Source: Methanomassiliicoccales archaeon | GTDB taxonomy: Archaea; Thermoplasmatota; Thermoplasmata; Methanomassiliicoccales; JACIVX01 | Reading direction: 5' to 3' | DNA length: 64,000 bases | Assembly (NCBI GenBank): GCA_014361295.1 | Contig: JACIVX010000001.1 | Span: 898,293 to 962,292 of the forward strand | Shown: positions 1 to 8,357 of the stretch, in pieces | How positions within the stretch are numbered: the stretch's first letter is position 1 | Layout: the number at the start of each line of letters is the position of its first letter | Position numbers and translations under genes: made by a program | Notes under the pieces: model-generated | Databases searched by the model: none | What the model was told of the DNA's origin: nothing | The model's input: the letters and a program-made list of their open reading frames with translations, nothing else

Positions 1-14
1 ATGATAGTTAACCC

Positions 15-914
15 ATGGCGATGCAGGTGAAGATTTGGTTGAAAGAGATCAGGGCTTCATTTCTCATACTTCCGATCATCATGTCGAGTCTGGGAAGCAG
101 CTTGGCATTTCTTGAGGGATACTTTGATTCTATAAAATTCCTAATTTTCACTTCAGCACTCATCCTGATGCATATCACCGTCAACACGCTCAATGAACTT
201 GATGACTATAGGACGGGAATTGACTGGCACACAAGGAAGACTCCGTTTAGCGGTGGTAGCGGAATATTACAGGCCGGATTACTTACACCAGAAGAAGTCA
301 GGAAGGCAACATTAGTCTGTTTTCTTGTAGGACTTGCGCTCTGCATATATCTTTTGATCGATATCGGTCTTATCCTTTTGCCTATAATCATCCCCGGCAT
401 TGTATTCACATTACTGTACACCCGAGTTTTCGCGAGATCTTTCATGGGAGAAGTGACTGCAGGCCTGGGCCTCGGTTTTCTTCCGGTCCTCGGCGCATAT
501 GTTGTTCAGACCTCGAGAATAACTGAGGCATCGTTATATCTCTCCATCGCTCCAGGTCTCTTTGTCTTCAATCTCCTACTCTTGAACGAATTTCCAGATC
601 TTGAAGCGGATCGCGCTGGAGGAAGAAGGAATTTGGTTATTGCACTCGGACCTAGAAAAGCCGCTTGGCTCTTCTCCTTGCTGACTGTCGTCGCCTTTGC
701 AGTAATTGTTGGCGGGGGGATTGCGGGTATCATCCCACCGTTGTCAATGCTTTGCATGGTGGCCCTGCCCTTTGCGTTGAGAGCGATATCAGGATCTTTC
801 AATAATCCTGGTGATTTGGAAACATTCGTAACAGGGATGTTATCAAATGTCCAGATGATTTTGCTAACAGGTATATTTGGGACTATCGGGATTGCCATCT
901 CAGTGATGATTTGA
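15..914 (+). CDS. UbiA-superfamily aromatic prenyltransferase (MenA / DHNA-prenyltransferase-like), polytopic membrane protein
   Basis: 299-aa ORF with about 8 hydrophobic segments. It has an Asp-rich motif NELDDYRTGID and a second motif LNEFPDLEADRAGG, the two Asp-rich motifs typical of UbiA prenyltransferases. Confidence 0.8.
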   Translation: MAMQVKIWLKEIRASFLILPIIMSSLGSSLAFLEGYFDSIKFLIFTSALILMHITVNTLNELDDYRTGIDWHTRKTPFSGGSGILQAGLLTPEEVRKATLVCFLVGLALCIYLLIDIGLILLPIIIPGIVFTLLYTRVFARSFMGEVTAGLGLGFLPVLGAYVVQTSRITEASLYLSIAPGLFVFNLLLLNEFPDLEADRAGGRRNLVIALGPRKAAWLFSLLTVVAFAVIVGGGIAGIIPPLSMLCMVALPFALRAISGSFNNPGDLETFVTGMLSNVQMILLTGIFGTIGIAISVMI

Positions 915-1073
915 GATTGTAAGGAGTTTCAATTAATTCTTCCCATTGAGAGGATTGTCGATGCAAAGAGACCTTAAAAAAGACCTCTAAAAGAAAAAAT
1001 TATCATCAAAGTGATGCACTCGTTTGCGTGAGGGTGCTTAGTGAGATCTGCACTAATTGCAACCAACTTACGT

Positions 1074-1091
1074 ATTTATGATATTTATGAT
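1074..1091. repeat. Perfect 9-bp tandem duplication (ATTTATGAT x2)
   Basis: Read directly: 1074-1082 is identical to 1083-1091. Lies inside the ORF-free gap 915-2060. Confidence 0.9.
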
Positions 1092-1243
1092 ATGCAACCT
1101 GCAGCTACATGTCATCGATCTCGAACAATTCAATAAACAAGTGGTTGAACAAATGGTTGTAGAAGATTTCAAAAACCAAATAAAACATCTGGAATACACC
1201 GGAATTTAGGATTTCTGGAACAAGTGAGTCAGATCCATCTAGA

Positions 1244-1269
1244 TGTATGATCAAAGTGTATGATCAAAG
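1244..1269. repeat. Perfect 13-bp tandem duplication (TGTATGATCAAAG x2)
   Basis: Read directly: 1244-1256 is identical to 1257-1269. Lies inside the ORF-free gap 915-2060. Confidence 0.9.
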
Positions 1270-2060
1270 TAAAATCACAATAGAGAAATGAGGACCGTTG
1301 AATAGAGGATCTCACTCGAACTTCAAGAAATCATTGTAGTTTCAAACTGACACATCCAGCTTGACCTAATGCATTGTGTCATCGGCTGAGCCCCTTATGA
1401 ATGGTGCATCCGACCTCCACAATTCGACATTTTTGTTCCGGCTAAGCCCATAAAATTGTCGAAAACGATAATCCCAACAGACCCTGAATCCCTAACTCGC
1501 AATTCCAACCCAGCTCCACTCCTTTCGCCTTCTCAGTATGGGGATTTTGAGCAGGTGCTCATGAAAGATCAAAGCGTCGACGGGCTGTAATAGACGAAGG
1601 AGAAGGATAAGGAATCAAGAGTGCATTCGTAAGCATTGGTCTCAAATCAACGGAATCAAACAGTTAACAGGAGTCCGGGACAAGAAGCGAGAAAGCTATA
1701 GAACTCATAATCGGTAACCCAGAAGAAAAGTGAAGGCCGGAAACGGATAATTTGCGCCTGTAGACCTTTAGAATTGATAATCCGTTTGCCAGTCGATCTT
1801 CCGTCAAAAATTCTCACAAATCAGAGAAGTAATGTCCTTGGTGCTGGTTTTATCGCTTCTGCTAACCTAGGACTCAACCAGATGGAATCATGCTTACGAG
1901 ACTTCTTCCAGCATCTCACGAAGGGGAAACGCCATCACTGACTGGAACCCATTTATTTGATACCCTTTGTTGCTCTCTGATACCCGTGCAGGAGAACGCT
2001 CGTGATGATCTCCAATACTGTCGTCGTCCTGTATGAATGGTTGATCACTTTTCCGACGGG

Positions 2061-4916
2061 TCAACTAGCGGCCTTCAATGAAATCAATCCTTTCTTATTC
2101 CGATGGCGAGAGATAAGATGCTTGAGTGATTCCATTGAGAGAAGAACGATTACCGCTCCGCCGATCACCCACACGATGTCTTCATAAGATGGAAATACTA
2201 GATGGAGTGCTTCCCTCGTCGTAGGGATCTGGAGCAATATGACGATTAGCATAACTTCCCATAATATGGTGAGCAGAAGCAGTTTGTGAGGTCTCACTTT
2301 GTTGATGGGGAATGTCAATGACCTACAACTCAGTGCCACAACTAGCTCGACGGCAATAAACATCAAAAACATTCTACTTCTAGCACTCTCAACTCCTAGT
2401 GGCAAAGCCGCCACGAAGCCCAGCAGGAGGATGGGCGTTTCGATGACGAGTGCGCGAAGCAGGAAAAGCTTAACATCTTTGGTGAAAACCGGTTCATTCT
2501 TAGGTCGAGGTGGCAGTCTCATCAAGTCCGGATCACCAGGAGAGAAACTCAACGCCAATGCTGGTAAGCCATCCGTTGCGAGATTGATGTACAGAATATG
2601 AACAGCAAGGAGAGGAAACGCACCTTCTCCTGAGAACCCAAATAGTGGTAAGACTACAAGCGCGCCGAGGGTGATAACGGCGATTTCGACCAAGTTGGCT
2701 TGAAGCAAAAATGTCAAATACTTCTTGATGTTGCCATAGATCAACCGGCCGTATTCCACTGCTTTTATTATAGTTGCGAAATTGTCATCTCCAAGGATCA
2801 TGTGCGATGCTTCTTTGGCGACATCGGTACCCGTGATACCCATTGCAATTCCAATGTCCGCGCGTTTCAAAGCGGGGGCGTCATTCACGCCATCTCCCGT
2901 CATCGCGACGACATAATCCCGCTTCTTCCATGCCTCCACTATTCTCAATTTGTGCAACGGAGAGACTCGCGCATAGACAGTGACTTTGTCAACGATTTTC
3001 TCGTACTCCTCATCTGACAACTGCTCAAGTTCATTTCCCGTCAAAACCATATCTCCGTCCGCATAGATCCCCAGCTCTCTTGCGACGGCAACAGCAGTCA
3101 GCTTGTGATCCCCCGTAATCATGATTGTCCTAATTCCTATTCTTTTTGCCACATTTATGGCATCTATCGCGTCTTTGCGCGGAGGATCCATCATACCAAC
3201 GAGACCAAGAAAGACAAAGTCCCTTTCAACATCTTTTTCACTTGCGACGTCGATGCTAGGCGACAGAGTTCTTTCTGCAACAGCCAGAACTCTCATGCCG
3301 TTTGATGCCATCTCTTCGGCGATCGACAAGATGCGATCTCTCTCATTTTCTGGAAGTGGCTCAATCGATTCAGATTTCACGTGTTGAGAACAATGGGCCA
3401 ATATGATCTCAGGGGCACCCTTCGCAATTGCGATTCGACCAGTGTCTGAGAAGTCGTGGACTGTCGTCATCATCTTCCTTTCCGAACTGAAAGGGATTTC
3501 ACTGAAACGCCTGTAAACACTGCGAAGTTGGGCAAGTGACGAGTCGACTTTTTCTGCGAACACCAGGAGCGACCCTTCAGTCGTATCTCCCCTCACGACT
3601 CTCCTTCCACTCTCATCATATTCGAGTCTAGCATCGTTGCAGAGAACAACCGCCCTAGCTAGTCTGGTGAGTAGTTTCCTCTCCTCCATAGATATCGGCT
3701 CTCCTCCGAGGAGTATCTCACCAGAGGGTTCGTAGCCGACCCCTGTCACTTCGTATCGTTTGCCCGCAAAGTATACTTGTCTTACAGTCATTTCTCCCTT
3801 AGTCAATGTCCCTGTCTTGTCTGTGCAGATTATTTGAGTGCTACCAAGGGTCTCAATCGCGTGCATTTTTCGAATAAGAGCATTCTTTTCAGCCATCTTG
3901 CGCATACCTATAGCGAGATTTGCGGCGACGATCGCTGGCAACGCCTCGGGAACTGCAGCGACAGCCAACGCCACCGCAAATAAGAGGACTCTGAAAAAGA
4001 ACTCGAAACTCAATGCTCCATGGAGATAGAAACTCATGATTGTCTCATAGCCCAATATTAGAATCACGAGAAATAAAGCGATGAAGCCTAGCTTTTTTCC
4101 AATCTCATCCATCCGCCTCTCAAGCGGAGTCTTCTCCTCCTCGACTTGACTCAAAGCCTCTGCGATCTTACCGAACTCGGTTCTCATTCCAGTTGCCGTG
4201 ACAACGCCCTTCCCCTTTCCATAAATCACAGTTGTCCCGAAAAAAAGCATGTTGATCCTTTCCGATCGAGCCACATTCCTCGGCAACGGTTTTACCGTTT
4301 TTGAGACCGGCAAAGACTCACCAGTGAGAGGAGCTTCATCCACTTGGAGATTTGTCGCCTCAATAAGGCGCATGTCCGCTGGCACTTTGTCACCAGCCGC
4401 CAAGACCACAATATCTCCGGGAACCAACTCCTTAACTGGAACCTGGATTTCTGCGCCATCGCGCCTCACGGTGCACGTGGGGGTCAGGATCCTTTTGAGG
4501 GCTTCAAGGGCTCTCTCAGCCCTGTATTCTTGTGCGAAACCCAGAACAACAACAAATACGACAATTACCATAATCACTATCGCATCAATCAATTCTCCCA
4601 TAAAAGCCGAGATAAATGTGGCAATTAACAGCAAAATAAGGAGCAAGTTCTTGAATTGCTTAATCAGGATGTGGATTGGCGAGACTCTTTTACGACCTAC
4701 CAGTTCATTCGAACCATAGACACTCAATCGTGAACGAGCCTCTTCAGTGGACAGACCGTTCTCCCCATTAGTCTTCAATAAAGACAACACGACGTCAGTT
4801 TCAAGGGACTCCCAGGCATCTTCAATGACCGTTCCAACCGTCGATTGATTCTCCACACTTCGCCGTAAGCGGATGATATCTAGTTTAAGATTTCGACAGT
4901 TGAGTAGTAGGTGCAT
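2061..4916 (-). CDS. P-type (P2, Ca2+/cation-transporting) ATPase
   Basis: 951-aa ORF. Motifs: phosphorylation site ICTDKTGTLT, TGES actuator motif (PLTGESLPV), hinge MTGDGVNDAPALKRADIGIAMG, N-terminal cation-ATPase-N-like segment (GLSTEEARSRLSVYGSNEL), about 10 TM helices. Confidence 0.95.
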   Translation of the reverse strand: MHLLLNCRNLKLDIIRLRRSVENQSTVGTVIEDAWESLETDVVLSLLKTNGENGLSTEEARSRLSVYGSNELVGRKRVSPIHILIKQFKNLLLILLLIATFISAFMGELIDAIVIMVIVVFVVVLGFAQEYRAERALEALKRILTPTCTVRRDGAEIQVPVKELVPGDIVVLAAGDKVPADMRLIEATNLQVDEAPLTGESLPVSKTVKPLPRNVARSERINMLFFGTTVIYGKGKGVVTATGMRTEFGKIAEALSQVEEEKTPLERRMDEIGKKLGFIALFLVILILGYETIMSFYLHGALSFEFFFRVLLFAVALAVAAVPEALPAIVAANLAIGMRKMAEKNALIRKMHAIETLGSTQIICTDKTGTLTKGEMTVRQVYFAGKRYEVTGVGYEPSGEILLGGEPISMEERKLLTRLARAVVLCNDARLEYDESGRRVVRGDTTEGSLLVFAEKVDSSLAQLRSVYRRFSEIPFSSERKMMTTVHDFSDTGRIAIAKGAPEIILAHCSQHVKSESIEPLPENERDRILSIAEEMASNGMRVLAVAERTLSPSIDVASEKDVERDFVFLGLVGMMDPPRKDAIDAINVAKRIGIRTIMITGDHKLTAVAVARELGIYADGDMVLTGNELEQLSDEEYEKIVDKVTVYARVSPLHKLRIVEAWKKRDYVVAMTGDGVNDAPALKRADIGIAMGITGTDVAKEASHMILGDDNFATIIKAVEYGRLIYGNIKKYLTFLLQANLVEIAVITLGALVVLPLFGFSGEGAFPLLAVHILYINLATDGLPALALSFSPGDPDLMRLPPRPKNEPVFTKDVKLFLLRALVIETPILLLGFVAALPLGVESARSRMFLMFIAVELVVALSCRSLTFPINKVRPHKLLLLTILWEVMLIVILLQIPTTREALHLVFPSYEDIVWVIGGAVIVLLSMESLKHLISRHRNKKGLISLKAAS

Positions 4917-5456
4917 CAGCTGCCTAAGATCTGAATATCTGTTACGGATTCACCTTCTTTCTCTCTCAGAGTAATTGAAAACTGAGCGGTTTGTTGCCAA
5001 CTATTTCCAGAAAATCGTGAACCTCCAGCCATGCTGATGAATTACCCGGAGTAGTCATGATATCAATCGAACACGGCTCGGTTGCAAGAAGCAACCTGAT
5101 ATCTTGGCTGAATAATCATTCCTGCTACTGACACCGAATCGATACGCTCATTCGAACTCCGAGCAGGCCAACGTCCTGGTGCTGTGTTCGACAATCTTGC
5201 TTCACACCTCATTTTCTCCACCATTTCGGTTCGGCATCGAGGCGATGACAGAGCCGATAACCGATCATGCTGAACCGCGTATCAGAATGATTCCTATTCG
5301 GTATAGCTCGGCAGTAGGATTGGTGGCCTGCAGAAAGTCGGGAAGGAGATAGAAGGGAAGAAATCAGCCAAAATCTCCGTTCCGATGCTTCGGACATCCA
5401 GATAAAAAGATATTTATTTCAATTTGTTTATTAAAATCCAATCCAATCAAGAAAAG

Positions 5457-5627
5457 TGGGGGCGCTGGGATTTGAACCCAGATCAGCGGGTTTCCACCAC
5501 GCGGGGAGCGACCCCACGCGAATTAACGGGTCATCGCTCCAGTTATTCATCACTGGTCAGCCTACCCGTTGACAATCACGCCCAATTAACTGGAGCCCGC
5601 GAGGATGCCGTGTTACCCCACACCCCC
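5457..5627 (-). tRNA. tRNA-Trp (anticodon CCA) with a 98-nt intron at the canonical 37/38 position
   Basis: Acceptor GGGGGTG pairs with CGCCCCC (one G-U pair), discriminator A. T arm CTGGG-TTCAAAT-CCCAG. Anticodon stem GCGGG/CCCGC with loop CU-CCA-G|intron|A. Exons are 5590-5627 and 5457-5491. No encoded CCA. The D-arm register is slightly ambiguous (2 nt at position 26, or a shifted D stem). Confidence 0.8.
5492..5589 (-). ncRNA. Box C/D guide sRNA embedded in the tRNA-Trp intron, predicted to guide 2'-O-methylation of C34 and position 39 of the same tRNA
   Basis: The minus strand reads cGTGATTG(C)-tcaacgggtagg-CTGA(D')-cca-GTGATGA(C')-ataactggagcg-ATGA(D variant). Both spacers are exactly 12 nt. 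Spacer 2 is complementary to GCTCCAGTTA (anticodon loop plus intron start) and places C34 at the fifth nt upstream of the box. Spacer 1 is complementary to ACCCG-TGA (positions 38-46, one mismatch) and places C39 at the fifth nt upstream. Confidence 0.7.
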
Positions 5628-5806
5628 ATACGATCCTTAAGCCTTCCTCATCTTCTGCTGTCGCTTTCGGCGTCGCATTTTCTTCTTTCGCCATTTCCAA
5701 CGCATCTTGCCTCGCTTCTTCCATGCGCGTGAACTTCTCTTCATCCATATTCCTCGTTTATCCGTGCCGTGATTGTATAGATACTTATCAACCTTTTGAT
5801 ACAGAA

Positions 5807-5930
5807 TGGCGGGCCCGTCGGGAATTTCGCCCCCTGAAGAAGGGATTCGAACCCGAGACATCTGGCTTGCATCCACGATGCAATCTCGTGATAGAAGGCC
5901 AGCGCTATATCCAGGCTAAGCCACGAGCCC
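5807..5930 (-). tRNA. tRNA-Arg (anticodon UCU) with two introns (37/38, 24 nt, 5868-5891; 59/60 in the T-loop, 22 nt, 5824-5845) and an encoded CCA
   Basis: Acceptor GGGCTCG/CGGGCCC, U8, D arm GCTT-AGCCTGGATA-TAGC, anticodon stem CTGGC/GCCAG with loop CU-UCU-A|..|A, variable loop ATGTC, T arm TCGGG-TTCGAA|..|T-CCCGA, discriminator G, CCA. Both inserts fold into helix-bulge-helix-bulge-helix motifs (details in findings). The mature length is 75 nt plus CCA. Confidence 0.75.
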
Positions 5931-5955
5931 GCAGAAACTCGATATAAGTTCTCCA

Positions 5956-5963
5956 ATTTAAAA
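5956..5963 (-). promoter_or_regulatory. TATA-box-like element (TTTTAAAT) upstream of tRNA-Arg
   Basis: AT-rich octamer ending 25 nt upstream of the mature tRNA 5' end, which is the expected archaeal TATA spacing. Confidence 0.4.
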
Positions 5964-5981
5964 CTTTAGAGATTTTCAACA

Positions 5982-6587
5982 TCAATCAAGGGTCAAGAAC
6001 GATTGGATTGGATGACCGAACAAGAGCATCACCGATTCGGCAATTGCCAACAAGCCAAGAAAGAAAAGAATTGGACGGAAGCTGATAACGCCTCCAAAGA
6101 AGTCAATGACTCCTTCAAGAACCCTAAGTACAATGTATACTAAAAACATGACAACAAAGATGATAATCAAAATGGTAATCGGTGTTAGCACGACAATCGC
6201 AAATGATTTTGAGATACCATGAAGTGCAATGCCCAAAACGACGCCCGCAATAAGGCTTATCAGAGACGCCCATCGGATTCTCCTGACAACGCGGAAGAAG
6301 AGCCCTAGGCCAAGCGCGATAAAAATAAGCAAAGTGGACGACTGTTCCCATCCGCTTTTCTTATAAATTGAGACGCCTACAAAAATCATGAATGCACCAA
6401 TAAAGAAACCGATGCCCGCAAGAATTTCATCGAGGTAACTCCTTTGATTCTTGCCGATTAGCGCGATCGCAATCGCGACTAATCCGCCAATGAAGAGGAC
6501 AAGGGCAGGAATAGGTTCAGAGAGATATCCGTCGATCAACTTATTTGATATTGATTTCTTGTTTACTAATCTTTTGATCGACTGCAA
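5982..6587 (-). CDS. Integral membrane protein of unknown function (about 6 TM segments); start uncertain
   Basis: The ORF is open to 6785, but its first ~65 codons are non-hydrophobic, low-complexity and antisense to the nitroreductase N-terminus. The hydrophobic body starts near PIPALVLFIGGLVAIAIALIG. A TTG at 6587 is one possible start. Confidence 0.5.
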   Translation of the reverse strand: MQSIKRLVNKKSISNKLIDGYLSEPIPALVLFIGGLVAIAIALIGKNQRSYLDEILAGIGFFIGAFMIFVGVSIYKKSGWEQSSTLLIFIALGLGLFFRVVRRIRWASLISLIAGVVLGIALHGISKSFAIVVLTPITILIIIFVVMFLVYIVLRVLEGVIDFFGGVISFRPILFFLGLLAIAESVMLLFGHPIQSFLTLD

Positions 6588-6661
6588 ATCAAGTCGCTCT
6601 TGAATGATAACTGGAAAAACGCAATGATTATGAGCGATGCGCCCCAATAGATGACTTAGGG

Positions 6662-7245
6662 ATGAATCATATGGAAGTGCAGGAGGCGATTGAAAAGAGA
6701 AGGGCGAGGAGAATCCTCGAGACGAGATCGATCGAAAGAGAGATTGTGAAGGAACTCGTAGATGCGATAAGACTCGCGCCTTCATGTTTTAACAATCAAC
6801 CTAACCTTGGCGCATCGTGATTGTCCATGATGATGAAACGCTGCAAAAGGTCAAAAGCGCACTCTCAAAGGGAAATACATGGGCCACGCGATCTCCCCTG
6901 ATTTTCGTCGTCGCGTCGAGGGCTGAGGACGATTGCCGCCTCAGCGATCGCAGAGATTACCATCTCTTCAGCTGTGGTCTAGCGATAGGACAAATGCTTT
7001 TGCGCGCGACCGATCTCGGATTGATAGCCCATCCCATAGCAGGTTACGATCCCGTCGAAATTAAAAAGGTCCTGGGAATTCCAGATGAATACATTGTTAT
7101 TACGCTCGTGGTATGCGGATACCTAGGCACTGATTCATCGCTTCTCTCAGCTAAACAACTCGAAGCCGAAAAGACAAGGCCAGATCGAAAACCGATCGGT
7201 GAAAATTTCTTCGCGAATAGCTGGGGAAATCCATTCACAATCTAG
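6662..7245 (+). pseudogene. Nitroreductase-family gene disrupted by a +5 frameshift (tandem AACCT duplication at 6798-6807)
   Basis: The N-terminal frame gives ...RRARRILETRSIEREIVKELVDAIRLAPSCFNNQP and then NLGAS-stop at 6818-6820. The +1-shifted frame continues WRIVIVHDDETLQKV... to 7245. Deleting one AACCT copy restores the canonical nitroreductase motif APSxxNxQPWR. Confidence 0.75.
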
Positions 7246-7276
7246 TTTATCACTTGAGTAAGAGTCACAGCACATA

Positions 7277-8161
7277 CTAGATCAGAGAGGCAAAGGTCTT
7301 ACCGAGCACTCTTTCCTTGATTTCTTCGCTTGCCCAACCCTTTTCAATGACGAATCGAACCCATTGAGAATACGGATAACTCATGTCAAAGAGTGGCCAG
7401 TCTGAGCCAAAGATTAGACGATCTGGCATGATAGATGCTGCCTCCTTCAGACGTGAAATCGCGACTTCTGATTGGGAGGGGAGCCAACCCTGAAGAGCTG
7501 AGCAGTCTGCATACACATTCTTGAATTCCTTGGCCATTTCATAGGTCTCGAATCGCCACTTTCCGCCAAGATGCGCGATGATGATTTTAATTGATGGAAA
7601 CCGCTCAAGAACATTCCAGAAATAGATTGGATGATTGAAATTTTCATCAAGCGGCCCCCAGCTAGCTCCAGCATGAGAGACGACAACGAGATTTAGACCA
7701 TCAATAAGCTGCCAGAATTCTCTGACTGAGTCATCATCAGGACGAAAACCAGTCCCTGGGTAAATCTTCACCCCTTTTGCATCGAATTTCTTGACCATTT
7801 TTTCAACAATATCCAGTGCTCTTTCCCCCCTCATTGGATCGATACCGATAAAAGGGATAAGCCTGTCTTCGTAAGTGAGGCAGGATTCAAAGACCCATTC
7901 ATTATACATTTCAATGCCTACCCGCGGTTCCTCAATTCTTCCAAAGTCAAGCGGCAAGATCACACTTTTGTCGACGCCAGCGACATCCATGGAAGATATG
8001 AGCATCTCCGCATCAACTTCAGACATTGGCCAGTCCTGTTCCCTATCGACGCTCATATCGATGAGACCGTCTAGCTCGAGTAAAGGCTCAAGATACGCCC
8101 TTAGTATCGAATTTGGTAGCATCGTCCGTTTCCAAATGTGCACGTGGGAATCAATAATCAT
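7277..8161 (-). CDS. Amidohydrolase-2 / metal-dependent TIM-barrel hydrolase family protein
   Basis: MIIDSHVHIW metal-binding HxH motif at the N-terminus, a later AHLGG motif and DWP near the C-terminus. The ORF is open to 8233, but Met25 (8161) directly precedes the HxH motif. Confidence 0.8.
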   Translation of the reverse strand: MIIDSHVHIWKRTMLPNSILRAYLEPLLELDGLIDMSVDREQDWPMSEVDAEMLISSMDVAGVDKSVILPLDFGRIEEPRVGIEMYNEWVFESCLTYEDRLIPFIGIDPMRGERALDIVEKMVKKFDAKGVKIYPGTGFRPDDDSVREFWQLIDGLNLVVVSHAGASWGPLDENFNHPIYFWNVLERFPSIKIIIAHLGGKWRFETYEMAKEFKNVYADCSALQGWLPSQSEVAISRLKEAASIMPDRLIFGSDWPLFDMSYPYSQWVRFVIEKGWASEEIKERVLGKTFASLI

Positions 8162-8357
8162 GCTCTTGTCGCGAAGACGATCGTGTATATTTATTGATTG
8201 CTGGCTAGGATTGTTATGAAAGCGCGAAAACAATGATTTTTAATTTTAGAAGGAAACATTTGAATCAACAACCATTTTGTATGGGTCCTACGGTTCTCTG
8301 AAATAACACCCATTATTAAGGATGCAACAAACCATATGAAGAAAGGTAATTGAAATC

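Noticed and set aside
915-2060. Possible SRP RNA, RNase P RNA, rRNA fragment or riboswitch in the ORF-free gap
   Set aside because: I could not find conserved helices or motifs of these RNAs, or extended GC-rich pairing. A covariance-model search is needed, so no RNA feature is called.
5557-5956. Several 60-80-aa ORFs on both strands across the two tRNA genes, including an acidic MDEEKFTRMEEARQ... ORF (5557-5748) with a GAGG-like sequence upstream
   Set aside because: All of them run through the tRNA-Trp or tRNA-Arg sequence, and the region is better explained by the tRNAs and their introns. The acidic ORF would need to read through the tRNA 5' half. It cannot be completely excluded as a short peptide.
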